A DNA stretch of 64,000 nt from a virus, in the IMG/VR virus record IMGVR_UViG_3300017991_000010, positions 30,029 to 94,028 of that record; one strand, given 5' to 3'. The position numbers and the translations under genes are program-made. Positions within the stretch are counted from its first letter, which is position 1, and each line of letters opens with the position of its first letter. Shown piece after piece: positions 8,687-18,984 of the stretch. The notes below the pieces were generated by a model that ran no database searches, had not been told where the DNA came from, and saw only the letters and a list, made by a program, of their open reading frames with translations.

Positions 8687-9091
8687 GTGCAGGACTCGTA
8701 CAAGGGTGTCAACCAGGTCTCGCAGATAGCGCGCGTGCCCGGCCGCAAGGTCTACCTCTACTACCGCACGGGCCAGGTCTACCTCGAGTGCGAGCTATAC
8801 GACAAGCCGCACCAGGACAGCGAGGGGAAGGTCCCCCCAGAGCTGCACATCCAGTGCCCGGCCTGCGGCGGCGAGTCCATCATCCCAGGCTCCAAGGTCA
8901 AGAAGACCATCCACGTCGAGTACCTCAAGCCCCCCCGTCGCCTCGAGATGCCCGACAACGGCGAGGTCGTCCAGCAGACGGCGCGCGTGACGGTTGACGA
9001 GGTCTGCCAGTGCGGCTATCCTGACCCGGCTGGAAAGGGGAAATGTGGATGGCGCTTCAAGCTGACGGACAACGTGGTCGAGCGAGTGTAG
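8687..9091 (+). CDS. Cys-containing hypothetical protein
   Basis: GTG after SD AGGAGGG; CPACG and C-terminal Cys residues. Confidence 0.65.
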   Translation: MQDSYKGVNQVSQIARVPGRKVYLYYRTGQVYLECELYDKPHQDSEGKVPPELHIQCPACGGESIIPGSKVKKTIHVEYLKPPRRLEMPDNGEVVQQTARVTVDEVCQCGYPDPAGKGKCGWRFKLTDNVVERV

Positions 9092-9166
9092 AGGGTCGAT
9101 GGGAGCCGGCGGAGGCGCGCCGGAAATACTGGTGGGGGCGCTTTGCGTTCCCGAAAGGAGAGACAC

Positions 9167-10765
9167 ATGATCTACTTCGTGGCGAGCATCCTAGGCAGGG
9201 GCGAGTGGGCGATCAGGGCGAGGGAGTGGGCGCGGGCCCTCTATCCACTCGCCGACTGCAGGCTCTACTCGACCGATAGGCAGCCCCTCCAGTCCGCCAT
9301 CCTGCCGCGCTACAACCCGACCATCACCAAGGAGCACCCCAACGGCAGCTCGCCCTACGACTTCCTGCTCGAGATGGCGACGCGCGAGCCCAAGGCGGCG
9401 CACTGCACGATCCGCTTCGGTCCCATCCAGACCCTGATGAACATCACCGATCGCGCGCCCTACGAGATCGCGATCACGGACATCCCCGAGAACCTCACCG
9501 GGCGCCAGCGGCGCGTCCTCGAGCGCTTCGACGAGGTCTGGGTTCCCACTCTGGCGATGCAGGAGCTGTACGGGAGTGGGAACTGCGTGGCGTGGGCCGA
9601 GCCACACGCGGGCGGGGGTTTCTGGGGGGCGATCAAGCCGCTCAGCATCGACGACGAGGGGCGCGAGATCACGGCCGCATTCGGGACGTGGGAGGAGATC
9701 GAGCCGCGTGCCGCGCGCTTCTTTGCTCAGCACCCGCCCGACGGGCCCCACCGCTTCTTGGCCGTGTGCCCCGACTGTCCGATCACGACCTCGGGGCAGC
9801 TCGTCAAGGCCTTTGGCCTGGGCGATGTGCGCCTGCCCTTCTCCCTCAGCCCAGCGCTGCCAACGGACATCGAGACCCTGATCGCGATCCGCAAGGCGTG
9901 CAACAACGTCTCTGAAGTGCCCCGCCCCATGGGCCCCTCCTACTGGGATCGCATGAGCTGCTACGCAACCCCGCCGGCCTGGAAGGTGCGCAACCGCCTC
10001 GCGGAGATCCCCAACGACACCGTCGAGCCCGAGCCTGTGCAGGCGAGCGGCCCGGCCTCGAGCGGCACCGACATCTGCTACGTGATCCCCTTCCGCGACC
10101 GGCCTCGGTACATGCTCGAGGACTGCCTGGCTGCGATCCGCGAGGGCGAGCTGCCCAAGGGCGATCGCATTGTGGTCTCCGACCAGTCGCCCGAATTCGA
10201 CCCCGAGGTCCTCGCGCTGTGCGCCCAGTTCGATGCGACGCTCGTGCGCGACATGGCGCCTCCGCACCGCTGGAACGCAGCCAAGTGCCGCAACATTGGC
10301 GTCAGGGCGTGCCCCGAGGCGGACTACTATGCGCTCGTGGACGTGGACTGCACCGTGCCGCCCGACTATGGTGATCGCATCCGCGAAGAGCTGGCCTACG
10401 CGCCCGGCACGCCGATCACGCCCATGGTCTCCGACCTCGACGAGGAAGGTGCCCCTGCTGACTCGCGCCCGGCGCCCGGCTGCACGGTCTACCCGCACCA
10501 CCTCTACTGGGCGGCGAGCGGCATGGATGAGGGCTTCGAGCGCTGGGGCTCCGAGGACATGGACTTGCTCTGGCGCCTGCGGCAGGGCGGGATCGAAGCG
10601 AGCCTGCTCGAGGACGTGATCCTGGAGCACGCCTACCACCCCCCTCAGGAGGGCAAGGCCGAGAGCGGCGAGGCGAACCTCGAGCGCATCAACAGGCGCC
10701 AGCGCGGCGAGCTAGGCGCAGCCAACCCCGACGGATGGGGCGAGGGCGGGGAGGTGGTGGCGTGA
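9167..10765 (+). CDS. Two-domain glycosyltransferase (degenerate GT-B-like N-terminus plus GT2/GT7C)
   Basis: FDEVWVPT; YVIPFRDR, DVD (DxD), GMDEGFERWGSEDMDL. Confidence 0.8.
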   Translation: MIYFVASILGRGEWAIRAREWARALYPLADCRLYSTDRQPLQSAILPRYNPTITKEHPNGSSPYDFLLEMATREPKAAHCTIRFGPIQTLMNITDRAPYEIAITDIPENLTGRQRRVLERFDEVWVPTLAMQELYGSGNCVAWAEPHAGGGFWGAIKPLSIDDEGREITAAFGTWEEIEPRAARFFAQHPPDGPHRFLAVCPDCPITTSGQLVKAFGLGDVRLPFSLSPALPTDIETLIAIRKACNNVSEVPRPMGPSYWDRMSCYATPPAWKVRNRLAEIPNDTVEPEPVQASGPASSGTDICYVIPFRDRPRYMLEDCLAAIREGELPKGDRIVVSDQSPEFDPEVLALCAQFDATLVRDMAPPHRWNAAKCRNIGVRACPEADYYALVDVDCTVPPDYGDRIREELAYAPGTPITPMVSDLDEEGAPADSRPAPGCTVYPHHLYWAASGMDEGFERWGSEDMDLLWRLRQGGIEASLLEDVILEHAYHPPQEGKAESGEANLERINRRQRGELGAANPDGWGEGGEVVA

Positions 10766-11820
10766 TCACCTTCTACGGCCACTTCAGCGGCTACTCGAGC
10801 TACCCGACGGTCTGCCGCGCGATCGCCAACTACTTGCACTCGATCGGCACGAAAGACTTGCAGCTGTGCGACCTGCGGCCCCAGGGCGCGTACGACGGCG
10901 TCCCCGGCATCTCGCGCGTGCCTTCGAGCACGTGGCGTGCGGTGCAGGAGGGGCGGGCCGACCGATGGAACAAGCGCCCAGGCACTGCGCTCGTCTTCGG
11001 CTTCCCCGAGTGGGTGCGGCGCGTCGCCCAGCACGAGCGCATGGTAGGCTACCACGTGTGCGACGTGGACCGAATCCCCCGGCACTGGGCGCACATCATA
11101 AACACCGAGGACCTCGTCATCACGCCCTCGCAGTGGTGCCACGGCGTGTTCCGCAACTGCGGCGTGACGACCCCGATCGCGATTGTGCACCACGGCGTCG
11201 ATGTGGCCTTCGGGGCGGTCAAGCGTCCGAAGCTCCCGCGCGAGCCCCTGACCTTCCTGCACACCTGCTCGGCGGGAGAGCCCGATCGCAAGGGCACCCT
11301 GCAGCTCGTCGAGGCGTGGGAGCGGCTGGCGTCGATGGGCGAGATCGACGCGAAGCTCACGATCCTGTCGTCCTTCCCCGAGGCGCACGCTCCCCTGGCC
11401 AAGAAGAGCTTAGGCATCAAGGTCATCAGCGGCAAGGTGGCCCGGACGCCTGCTGAGATGGCCCAGTGCGTTGCGGGCTTCCACGGCCTCGTACAGCCGT
11501 CCCGCGCCGAGGGCTTCGGCATGCTGCCCCTCGAGTGCGCCGCTGCAGGCCTCCCAACGCTCGCTACGGACTGCACGGGCCACGCAGAGCATGACAGGTA
11601 CTCGACCTCCTGGAGCATTCCCACGGGCCCCTTGGCCCCCTGCGGAGGCGCCCAAGCACCTAGCCTTGACCTTGGCCACGTTGCCAACGCCCTCTTGTAC
11701 ATGATCGAGAACTACGATACACTCCAAGACGAGGCCAATGCCCGGCGCTCAACCATCATGGAGACGTGGGCGTGGCACAAGGTCCTCGAAAACCTGCCGG
11801 AATTGTTGACACCCTCCTGA
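10762..11820 (+). CDS. GT4 glycosyltransferase
   Basis: ITPSQW, HHGVD, DRKG, PSRAEGFGMLPLECAAAGLP (EX7E motif). Confidence 0.9.
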   Translation: MITFYGHFSGYSSYPTVCRAIANYLHSIGTKDLQLCDLRPQGAYDGVPGISRVPSSTWRAVQEGRADRWNKRPGTALVFGFPEWVRRVAQHERMVGYHVCDVDRIPRHWAHIINTEDLVITPSQWCHGVFRNCGVTTPIAIVHHGVDVAFGAVKRPKLPREPLTFLHTCSAGEPDRKGTLQLVEAWERLASMGEIDAKLTILSSFPEAHAPLAKKSLGIKVISGKVARTPAEMAQCVAGFHGLVQPSRAEGFGMLPLECAAAGLPTLATDCTGHAEHDRYSTSWSIPTGPLAPCGGAQAPSLDLGHVANALLYMIENYDTLQDEANARRSTIMETWAWHKVLENLPELLTPS

Positions 11821-11870
11821 GCGTCAGCGCCGGTCTGCTCGCCCTCCTCCTCTTTCCTCAGAGGTAGTCA

Positions 11871-12425
11871 ATGCCCGGTGAGCAGGGATCGCATCCTATC
11901 CAGCAACTGGCGCCGATCGTAGCGCAGGAAACGTCCTACTCCGTCTCGGGCGTGGGCGCGAACGAGACCCGTACGGTACTGTGTGACGCTACAGGCCGGC
12001 TGGTCGTCGTAGCGCCCGCGGCAGGCATCGGCGTCGACATCCAGTTCGTCGATGGCAACCCCGTCCAGAGCGATGGCGCCGGCACCATGAACGTCGCAGT
12101 CCAGGGCGTCGAGGGCGACGACACGACCCTGACCCCAGTCCCCGCAGCGCGCTTCTCGCCCGTCGACAGCGAGGGCGGCTCGCAGGCCGTGACGAACGTG
12201 AGCGCGCGCATCGGTCCCTTGACGGTCAACAAGGCCATCCAGTTCTTCTGCGACGAGATTTGTTGGTGCGCCAAGGGGAACAACACCGTGGTAGCGACCA
12301 ACAACGACACGCCCATCCAGGCTGGCGTGGTCTACGAGTACGTGCCCACGGCGGGGAACGACTATCTCGCGTTCATCCACGACGCGAACGACGGCGACCT
12401 CAAATACGGTCGGGCGGAGGCGTAG
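11871..12425 (+). CDS. Putative spike base/adaptor structural protein
   Basis: Beta-rich and acidic; directly upstream of the spike genes. Confidence 0.5.
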   Translation: MPGEQGSHPIQQLAPIVAQETSYSVSGVGANETRTVLCDATGRLVVVAPAAGIGVDIQFVDGNPVQSDGAGTMNVAVQGVEGDDTTLTPVPAARFSPVDSEGGSQAVTNVSARIGPLTVNKAIQFFCDEICWCAKGNNTVVATNNDTPIQAGVVYEYVPTAGNDYLAFIHDANDGDLKYGRAEA

Positions 12426-12428
12426 ATC

Positions 12429-14069
12429 ATGGGCTCAACGCTCTGGGGCACGACGCTACCGAGGGGCGGTGGTGCTGGTGGTGCGCTTTCACTGCCCGAC
12501 ATCCAGCAGATCCTCATCGTGGACAAGACCGCAGGCACTTACGCGCCCGACGGCACGCAGCAGCGTCCCTTCAACTCGATCGGTGCGGCCGTGACTGCCG
12601 CAGTAGCGCTTGCGCCCACGACGACCAATCGCATTCTGATCTACATCCACCCGGGCATCTACGAAGAAGCCGTAGCCATCACCAACGACTTCATCTACCT
12701 CCAGGGCGAGGATCGGGACACGACGATCATCACGAGCGACACGGTGACCCTGGGGATCACGGCCGACGAGGTCTCGGTTTCGGACCTGACGATCCACAGC
12801 GAGGATGCGTTCTACGCGATCGGCCTCAATGGCTCCTTCAACGAGTTCGTCCGGTTCTTCAACTGCCTGATCGATGTTGGTGACCCTGACGGGTACGTGT
12901 TCATCGAGGGCGGCGCCTCTGCGTGGTTCGAGCGCTGCGATTGGATCGTGGACGATGGTGCAGGAGGCGACCCTGCGCTTGCAACAGACGATGACGCGTC
13001 CAACCGCGTGGTCCTCAACGACTGCACCATCTCAGGTGGCTATATCGACTTCGACGGCGGCGCGCTCACAGTCCGGGACGGCTCGATCTCGTCCGACTCC
13101 GCCAACGGCTGTGTGCGCCTGACTGACGCCAACGTAGGCGTAGTCACGCTCGACAGCGTACACTTCATTGGCTTGGCTGCTGGGGCGCGCAAGATCTACG
13201 TGACCGCGGCGCCCACTCAGGGAATCGTGCGCAACTGCCTCTTTGACTCGGGCGCGAACAACCCCGACATCGACTCGACCGTAGCACTCACCGGCTGGAT
13301 CATTGAGGGCAACGTGATGGAGGCAGGGATCGACTCCAATGTCTCGCACGTGGCCCCGACGCGCTACGTGGGTGCGGCAGGGGACGTCGACTTTTATGCA
13401 GCCATCCAGGACGCTCTCGACGCGTGCACCTTCGACGACATCACCGTGCACCTGCTGCAGGACTTCACGATCGCCGCAGCGCTGACTCCGCCTTCAAGGC
13501 CCGTGATCATCGATGGCCATGGGTTCACGATAACGCGCGCGGCAGGCTCTCCGGCCATAACGATCGGCTCCAGTGACGACCTCGAGACACGGGACGTGAA
13601 CATCGTTGGCAGCATCGACTTTGCTCCCGCGCAAGGAGGCGCTACGCTGCTCCTGGGCCCCGGCACGGTTCTTACGGGCATGCTTGACGTGCAGAGCGGT
13701 GACGCTACAGCCACAGTTGACCTGGACGGAGCTACCGTGAACGGCGACGCGAGCGACAACTACTGCATCCGTCTCGCCGACGCAGACCCGGTCGTGACGA
13801 TCAAGCGCTCCTACCTGAAGGGCAATAGCGGCAACGTGGCCATCTACTGGGATACGGTCACGAACGACGACCTACAGCTCGCGTGGTCTACGGTGATCCA
13901 CGGGAGCGTGGGCGCCAACAACCCTTTCGGGAGGTCGGGTGCGCAGACGCCAGACTACAAGTCGCACCACGACGCGTACAACAGCGATCCCGAAGCAGGG
14001 GCGATCTGGACCAACCTGGTGGCTGCTGGGCAGCGGTTTGACAGCCTAGACGTGAACACGGACTACTAG
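12429..14069 (+). CDS. Beta-helix (pectin-lyase-like) spike/receptor-binding protein 1
   Basis: DGTQQRPFNSIGAA, IYIHPGIYEE, YLQGEDRDTTII, repeated F.NC/V.NC strands. Confidence 0.75.
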   Translation: MGSTLWGTTLPRGGGAGGALSLPDIQQILIVDKTAGTYAPDGTQQRPFNSIGAAVTAAVALAPTTTNRILIYIHPGIYEEAVAITNDFIYLQGEDRDTTIITSDTVTLGITADEVSVSDLTIHSEDAFYAIGLNGSFNEFVRFFNCLIDVGDPDGYVFIEGGASAWFERCDWIVDDGAGGDPALATDDDASNRVVLNDCTISGGYIDFDGGALTVRDGSISSDSANGCVRLTDANVGVVTLDSVHFIGLAAGARKIYVTAAPTQGIVRNCLFDSGANNPDIDSTVALTGWIIEGNVMEAGIDSNVSHVAPTRYVGAAGDVDFYAAIQDALDACTFDDITVHLLQDFTIAAALTPPSRPVIIDGHGFTITRAAGSPAITIGSSDDLETRDVNIVGSIDFAPAQGGATLLLGPGTVLTGMLDVQSGDATATVDLDGATVNGDASDNYCIRLADADPVVTIKRSYLKGNSGNVAIYWDTVTNDDLQLAWSTVIHGSVGANNPFGRSGAQTPDYKSHHDAYNSDPEAGAIWTNLVAAGQRFDSLDVNTDY

Positions 14070-14070
14070 C

Positions 14071-15672
14071 ATGCCTGGAATGCACATCTCGACACTCCCC
14101 CGCGGCGCAGTCGGCCTTGGGCGCCTCTCCCTGCCCGACATCACAAACGTTCTCTTCGTGGACAAGTCCTCCGAGGTGGGCTCGCAGGACGGCACGCAGC
14201 AGAACCCCTACCACACGATCCAGGCGGCCATCACGGCAGCCAACGCGCTCGCCGCTGTGGCTACGCCGTACCTGGTCTACGTGTATCCAGGCATCTACGA
14301 CGAGGCGATCACGCTCTCGACCGACTACGTGTACCTCGCTGGCGCGAACCGGGACACGACGATCGTAGAGAACTCGGGGGCGAACGTCGTCACGATCACC
14401 TCTGACCTGACGAGCATCAACGACCTCACGATCAGGGCAAGCAGCACGCGCCGCACGATCAGCATGGGCGTGGCTGCCAGCAACTACGTCCCGGTCTTCA
14501 ACTGCATTCTGGCTGGCGCGACAGCGAACAACTACGTCGACGCTTCCCTTGGCGCGATGCTGCGGTTTGTTGACTGCGCCTTCGTCAGTGACGTAGACGG
14601 CGTGGTCCTCCTGACTCTTACGGCTACTACTGACGTGCTGGTCGAGAACTGCGCCATCACAGGAGGTCTGCACCACAGGCAAGGGAGCTTGCTCGTACAG
14701 GACTCCAGCATCCTTGCAGAGGCAGTCGACGGCATCCTGATGAACACTGCCGCGGCTTCTTTGTCCGTGCGAAATAGCCACATTGTGAGCACAAACAACT
14801 CGGCGATCATGGTGAACTTCGCGCCGGTGTCGATCGTGCTTCAGAACAACCTGATGTCAGCCAACGCGGCATCCTACGCGATCGGAGCGGGGGTAGCGGT
14901 CACGGGTGCCGTAGTCGAGGACAACATCCTGACCACAGGGCTCGGCATCGACCCGGACGTCTCCCATGTGGCGCCCCACCGGAACGTAGGATCTAACGGG
15001 ATGCGGGACTGGTACGCAACCACACAGAACGCGCTGGACTCCTGCACCTTCGACGGGATCACGGTGCACCTCCTAAAAGATGAGGCTACTGCTGCGCTGC
15101 TTAGGCCGCCTGACTTCTGTGTGATCGTCGACGGACACAACCACACGATCTCGCGCGCTGGGGGCGTGCTCACCATACTGTCGGGAGAGTGCATAATAAC
15201 CAAGCGTTTGGGTTTGGTCGGTAAGATCGTCGTAGCTGGCACCAACGGCCAGTTGTATCTGACAGATAGGAGTTCAGTTCTTGGTGGGATTCAGTTTGCT
15301 GTGACGTCAGCAGGCGCGATGCTAATACAAGACACCGAAATAGTGGGCTCTGCAGTGTGGAACTACCCCGTGCAGATTGACACTAACCCAGGCTTCTCCA
15401 TCCTGATCAACCGCTCGAGGCTCGAAGGGGTATCTGGGTCCCCTGCAGTCTACTGGACGAGCGCGAACGACGACCTATCGATCAAGTACAGCACACTGTG
15501 GCACGGCTCTGGCGCGGGAAACAACCCCTTTGGGCGTAGCGCTGCTCAGACGCCCGACTACAAGAGCTACCAGAGCGCCTACAACTCAGACCCCGAGGCT
15601 GGAGGCATCTGGACAAATCTGGTTGCGGCCGGGCAGCGCTGTGACTCGCTCGACGTCAACACGAACTACTGA
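14071..15672 (+). CDS. Beta-helix spike protein 2 (tandem paralog)
   Basis: DGTQQNPYHTIQAA, VYPGIYDE; C-terminal ~50 aa nearly identical to spike 1. Confidence 0.75.
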   Translation: MPGMHISTLPRGAVGLGRLSLPDITNVLFVDKSSEVGSQDGTQQNPYHTIQAAITAANALAAVATPYLVYVYPGIYDEAITLSTDYVYLAGANRDTTIVENSGANVVTITSDLTSINDLTIRASSTRRTISMGVAASNYVPVFNCILAGATANNYVDASLGAMLRFVDCAFVSDVDGVVLLTLTATTDVLVENCAITGGLHHRQGSLLVQDSSILAEAVDGILMNTAAASLSVRNSHIVSTNNSAIMVNFAPVSIVLQNNLMSANAASYAIGAGVAVTGAVVEDNILTTGLGIDPDVSHVAPHRNVGSNGMRDWYATTQNALDSCTFDGITVHLLKDEATAALLRPPDFCVIVDGHNHTISRAGGVLTILSGECIITKRLGLVGKIVVAGTNGQLYLTDRSSVLGGIQFAVTSAGAMLIQDTEIVGSAVWNYPVQIDTNPGFSILINRSRLEGVSGSPAVYWTSANDDLSIKYSTLWHGSGAGNNPFGRSAAQTPDYKSYQSAYNSDPEAGGIWTNLVAAGQRCDSLDVNTNY

Positions 15673-15682
15673 GAGGACTCTG

Positions 15683-16327
15683 ATGGCCAACGCTTTCTCC
15701 GATTCGTACACCGCGATGATCGATCAGCTGCGCGACATCGAGGAGGCGCTGCGCGGCGTGCAGGAGGTCTGGGACGACCTAGTAGATGAGCAGGTCCCGC
15801 ACCTGGCGGCGCTGGACATGGACGGAGACCCCAGCCCCTTCGACGCCAAGCTCGCTGAGATGGGCACGTGGACGAACGGAGTAGAGCTACGCCCTGCGGA
15901 TCTTGCCGCGTCTGCGCGTTCGCGCTTTGCTTCCGAGGCGCTAGGCATTCGCGCAGCGTCGATCGAGGTGATGCGAAAGCGCGCTCGCAGCATGGCAGAA
16001 CGTCTAGCGCGGACGGCGCGGGAGCAAGCAAGAGGCGTCAGCCTTGTGACGCGCGCTCATGCGGACGCAGTAAAGGACCCGCACGATCTTGCTTGGGTGG
16101 CCAAGCTCCTGCTAGGCCTCCACGCGCTTGACCAAACGGGCGTGCCGAAGGGCGTCGAACCTACTGCGGCAGCCTTGATCGACGACGGGATGAAGCTGTG
16201 CGTGACGCGCGGGGCTACCTTGGCTCGCGTGGTCCGCACTCTGCTCCGCCAGTACCCGGATCACGTGCAGTCCCACGAGGTGCTGAAGGCCGCGCGCTAC
16301 GCAGCGGGGTTGCAGGATGGTAGCTAA
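15683..16327 (+). CDS. Helical hypothetical protein
   Basis: SD GAGGA; coupled to its neighbours. Confidence 0.6.
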   Translation: MANAFSDSYTAMIDQLRDIEEALRGVQEVWDDLVDEQVPHLAALDMDGDPSPFDAKLAEMGTWTNGVELRPADLAASARSRFASEALGIRAASIEVMRKRARSMAERLARTAREQARGVSLVTRAHADAVKDPHDLAWVAKLLLGLHALDQTGVPKGVEPTAAALIDDGMKLCVTRGATLARVVRTLLRQYPDHVQSHEVLKAARYAAGLQDGS

Positions 16328-17234
16328 GCTCAACCACCACATCGGAGCGCATGCGGGAGATGCAGCAGCCAACGCGTTCATCGCGGCAGCTGGTTGGACT
16401 GTCGAGAGCGGCTGGATGTACGACGACACGTCTTCAGGAAAGCTCAAGACCTGGGACGACCAGCAAAACGCTTGGCTCTTCTTCGGCGGCGCGTCGGGCG
16501 AGTCTGGACAAGAAACGCTTTGGGAGTGGAACGGCAACGACATCTCGCAGTTCGATAGTCCGCTGTCATACGGCGGAGGAAACGGCACACTCTCGGTGGC
16601 GACCTATCCTGCAGGTCTAGACGTGCCGCGCCGCAACCGCTTGGTGTACACCCATGACGGAAGCCCTGCAGTGCGCGCCGGCCGCCTGTACTGGATCAAC
16701 GACCTCCCCACGCTGCCTGATGCCTACGTAGTGGAAGCCACGCTGGGCCCGCGCAACGAGCTAACCCTCGGCGCCAACACGGCCCCAGGTGTAGCTGTCC
16801 TGGGGCAGGATACGGCGCACTTCTTGCTGTTTGGCCGAGGGGGTGCCGGCTTCCAGGACGACCTCAACCTGGAGATCACCAACGGGGTGACATACGACGT
16901 TGGCGCACGGTGGACTACCATGCTGACCGGCGCGATGGATCGCACGGACGAAGGGTACCGAGTTCGGATGCTTGTCGATCTCCGAGACCCCACGGGCTCG
17001 ACAGACCCTGGCATCAGCCTGTACCTGCTTCGCCCTGGCATGGAGGCCGTAACACGCGCCAGCTCGGTCGGCTGGACTGGATCTGGCGGTTCTCCGCCCC
17101 CAGACCCCTCGTCGTCCTGGGATGCGGGTTGGCAGTCCGGCGGCACATGCAAGAACGTAGGGCTGAACTTCCTGCATGACGCCACCGCCGCCGGCTCTGC
17201 GTACATCACAGACTTCCGTGTTCTAACCGTCTAG
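16317..17234 (+). CDS. Fibre/decoration protein: N-terminal anchor plus lectin-like beta domain
   Basis: N-terminus HHIGAHAGDAAANAFI...GW is shared with 38365-38928; beta-rich C-terminus. Confidence 0.6.
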   Translation: MVAKLNHHIGAHAGDAAANAFIAAAGWTVESGWMYDDTSSGKLKTWDDQQNAWLFFGGASGESGQETLWEWNGNDISQFDSPLSYGGGNGTLSVATYPAGLDVPRRNRLVYTHDGSPAVRAGRLYWINDLPTLPDAYVVEATLGPRNELTLGANTAPGVAVLGQDTAHFLLFGRGGAGFQDDLNLEITNGVTYDVGARWTTMLTGAMDRTDEGYRVRMLVDLRDPTGSTDPGISLYLLRPGMEAVTRASSVGWTGSGGSPPPDPSSSWDAGWQSGGTCKNVGLNFLHDATAAGSAYITDFRVLTV

Positions 17235-17243
17235 GAGCAGATC

Positions 17244-17339
17244 ATGTCAGGACTCATTCCACACTACCTCGGGCCCTTCGACCGGCACCACCTGGGTCGC
17301 GACGGGGTTCTGATGTCCCCTGGACAGCGCCTCGCCTAG
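17244..17339 (+). pseudogene. 31-codon remnant of an anchor-domain gene
   Basis: SD AGGAG, then MSGLIPHYLGPF, matching MSTLVPHYIGQF at 38928, then unrelated sequence and a stop. Confidence 0.5.
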
Positions 17340-17350
17340 CGTGATATCAT
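17321..17350 (+). promoter_or_regulatory. Leaderless-type promoter of the second glycan operon
   Basis: TGGACA-18nt-TATCAT with extended TG; ATG 6 nt downstream. Confidence 0.6.
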
Positions 17351-17356
17351 CCCCCC

Positions 17357-18124
17357 ATGCCTGGTTTGACTTACGGCGTCATCATCCCTACCAGCGGCAA
17401 CCGATACGTCCCCTACCTCCAGAACACCCTGGGCGCGATCCGGCGCCAGCGCTCCGAGGTCGGGATCAAGGTCGTGTGCCTCTACGACGAGCTGGAGGAC
17501 TTCAAGCCGCTGGCCGACGTGTGCTGCGAGCACGACGCCGACCTGATCGTCACCGCGGGCAAGCACCCCGCCTTCTGCGCCCCCCGCGCGCGCAACATCG
17601 GAACGCGCGCGTCAGAGGCCGACGTGCTCCTCCACATCGACAGCGACATCGTGCTCCACCCGTCCACTTTCGATGAGCTGGACGCGCTCTTCACTGCCGA
17701 GCAGGGCATCGCGGTCATCCTGTCCGTGTACCTGATGACGGGCTGCTGGCCCGCCGACCCGATCTTCCAGATCACCGACCCCGCCGCCTTCGACTCGGTG
17801 TGCCGAGGGGGCAAGTTCACCCCTACGGGCTACGGCGCCGTGGCGGTCAAGCGTGCGGACGTTGAGCACATGCGCGGCCATGACGAGCGCTTCTACGGGC
17901 CCTGGGCCGACGACGTGGACTTCGTCCGGCGCCTCGAGCGCATGGGCCGGCGCGTCGTGCGTACGCAGGACGAGTGCAGGATGAGCATGATGCACCAGCA
18001 CCACAGCTACCCCGGCGGCAAGATCCCCAACGCCTCGAACCCCTTCACGGCGCGCAACCGCAAGATCCTTGCCGAGTCGACCGACATCATCCGCAACCCG
18101 GACGGGTGGGGGGACCAGGACTGA
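17357..18124 (+). CDS. GT2/GT7C glycosyltransferase
   Basis: GVIIPT, ARNIG, HIDSD, GHDERFYGPWADDVDF, HQHH. Confidence 0.88.
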   Translation: MPGLTYGVIIPTSGNRYVPYLQNTLGAIRRQRSEVGIKVVCLYDELEDFKPLADVCCEHDADLIVTAGKHPAFCAPRARNIGTRASEADVLLHIDSDIVLHPSTFDELDALFTAEQGIAVILSVYLMTGCWPADPIFQITDPAAFDSVCRGGKFTPTGYGAVAVKRADVEHMRGHDERFYGPWADDVDFVRRLERMGRRVVRTQDECRMSMMHQHHSYPGGKIPNASNPFTARNRKILAESTDIIRNPDGWGDQD

Positions 18125-18984
18125 TGCATCCCACAGTGGCCCGGCGCATCCAGAGCGGCGAGATGAAGGACCCGCGCACCGGGGGCTTTTGGACCTTCGT
18201 ACCCTACATGCCCAACCGGCCCGTGAGCTGCCTGACGCGCGCGCTCATCGCGCTGGACCGCGCCGTCGTGGACGCACGCCACAGGGTCGAGGTCGTCGTC
18301 CAGGGCCCCTGCAAGCACGAGCTGCCCGACCCCGACGTGTTCGACTTCGACCTGCACTACGTCCACAACGAGCGCAACGAGGGCAACGCCAAGCCCCCCG
18401 CGGACTCCATCCGACGCTTCCTCGACAGCGACTGCGCCTGGTGGTGCCGCCTGCAAGACGACATCATCCTCGCCGATCGCGCTTGGCACCAGCTCGTGCT
18501 GATGATCCAGCAGGAGGCAGACAGAGGCGTGCGCATCGCCTGCGCGCAGGTCTCCACCGGCAACGCCAAGTGGATGAAGCCCTGGTGCTTCGAGATCAAG
18601 CCCGTGCCCGGCGGCGTCCCGCATCTAGCCCTCGTCGAGCACGCGCACGCCACCCACTCGGGCGGCTGGATGCAGTGGCACGTGGCTGAGTGCGTCGGCT
18701 TTGGTTCCACCGTGATCCGTCGCGAGCCTCTCGAGGAGGGTTGCATCCCGGACGAGCGCTATTTCGTCGGCGGCGTTGACACCGACCTCGCGCTGCAGTT
18801 CCACGCGGCGGGCTATCGGTCGATCCTGACGGTCGACCCCGTCTGCAAGCACATCCACAGCCAGTGCTCCACCGAGGCCTACGACAACGCGCGCTACTCG
18901 AAGGAGCGGCACATGGAGGCGTGGCGCGTCTGGCGCGACAAGTGGGGCATGGACTTCGAGTTCCTCAGGACCTTCGGGAGGTAG
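18124..18984 (+). CDS. GT2-like glycosyltransferase
   Basis: NEGNA, LQDDI, GFGSTVIRR, DERYFVGGVDTDL. Confidence 0.75.
   Translation: MHPTVARRIQSGEMKDPRTGGFWTFVPYMPNRPVSCLTRALIALDRAVVDARHRVEVVVQGPCKHELPDPDVFDFDLHYVHNERNEGNAKPPADSIRRFLDSDCAWWCRLQDDIILADRAWHQLVLMIQQEADRGVRIACAQVSTGNAKWMKPWCFEIKPVPGGVPHLALVEHAHATHSGGWMQWHVAECVGFGSTVIRREPLEEGCIPDERYFVGGVDTDLALQFHAAGYRSILTVDPVCKHIHSQCSTEAYDNARYSKERHMEAWRVWRDKWGMDFEFLRTFGR

Noticed and set aside
12429-17234. Tail module of a tailed phage
   Set aside because: No tape measure, baseplate, tube, portal or terminase is recognisable; these genes fit vertex spikes equally well. Genes outside the window cannot be excluded
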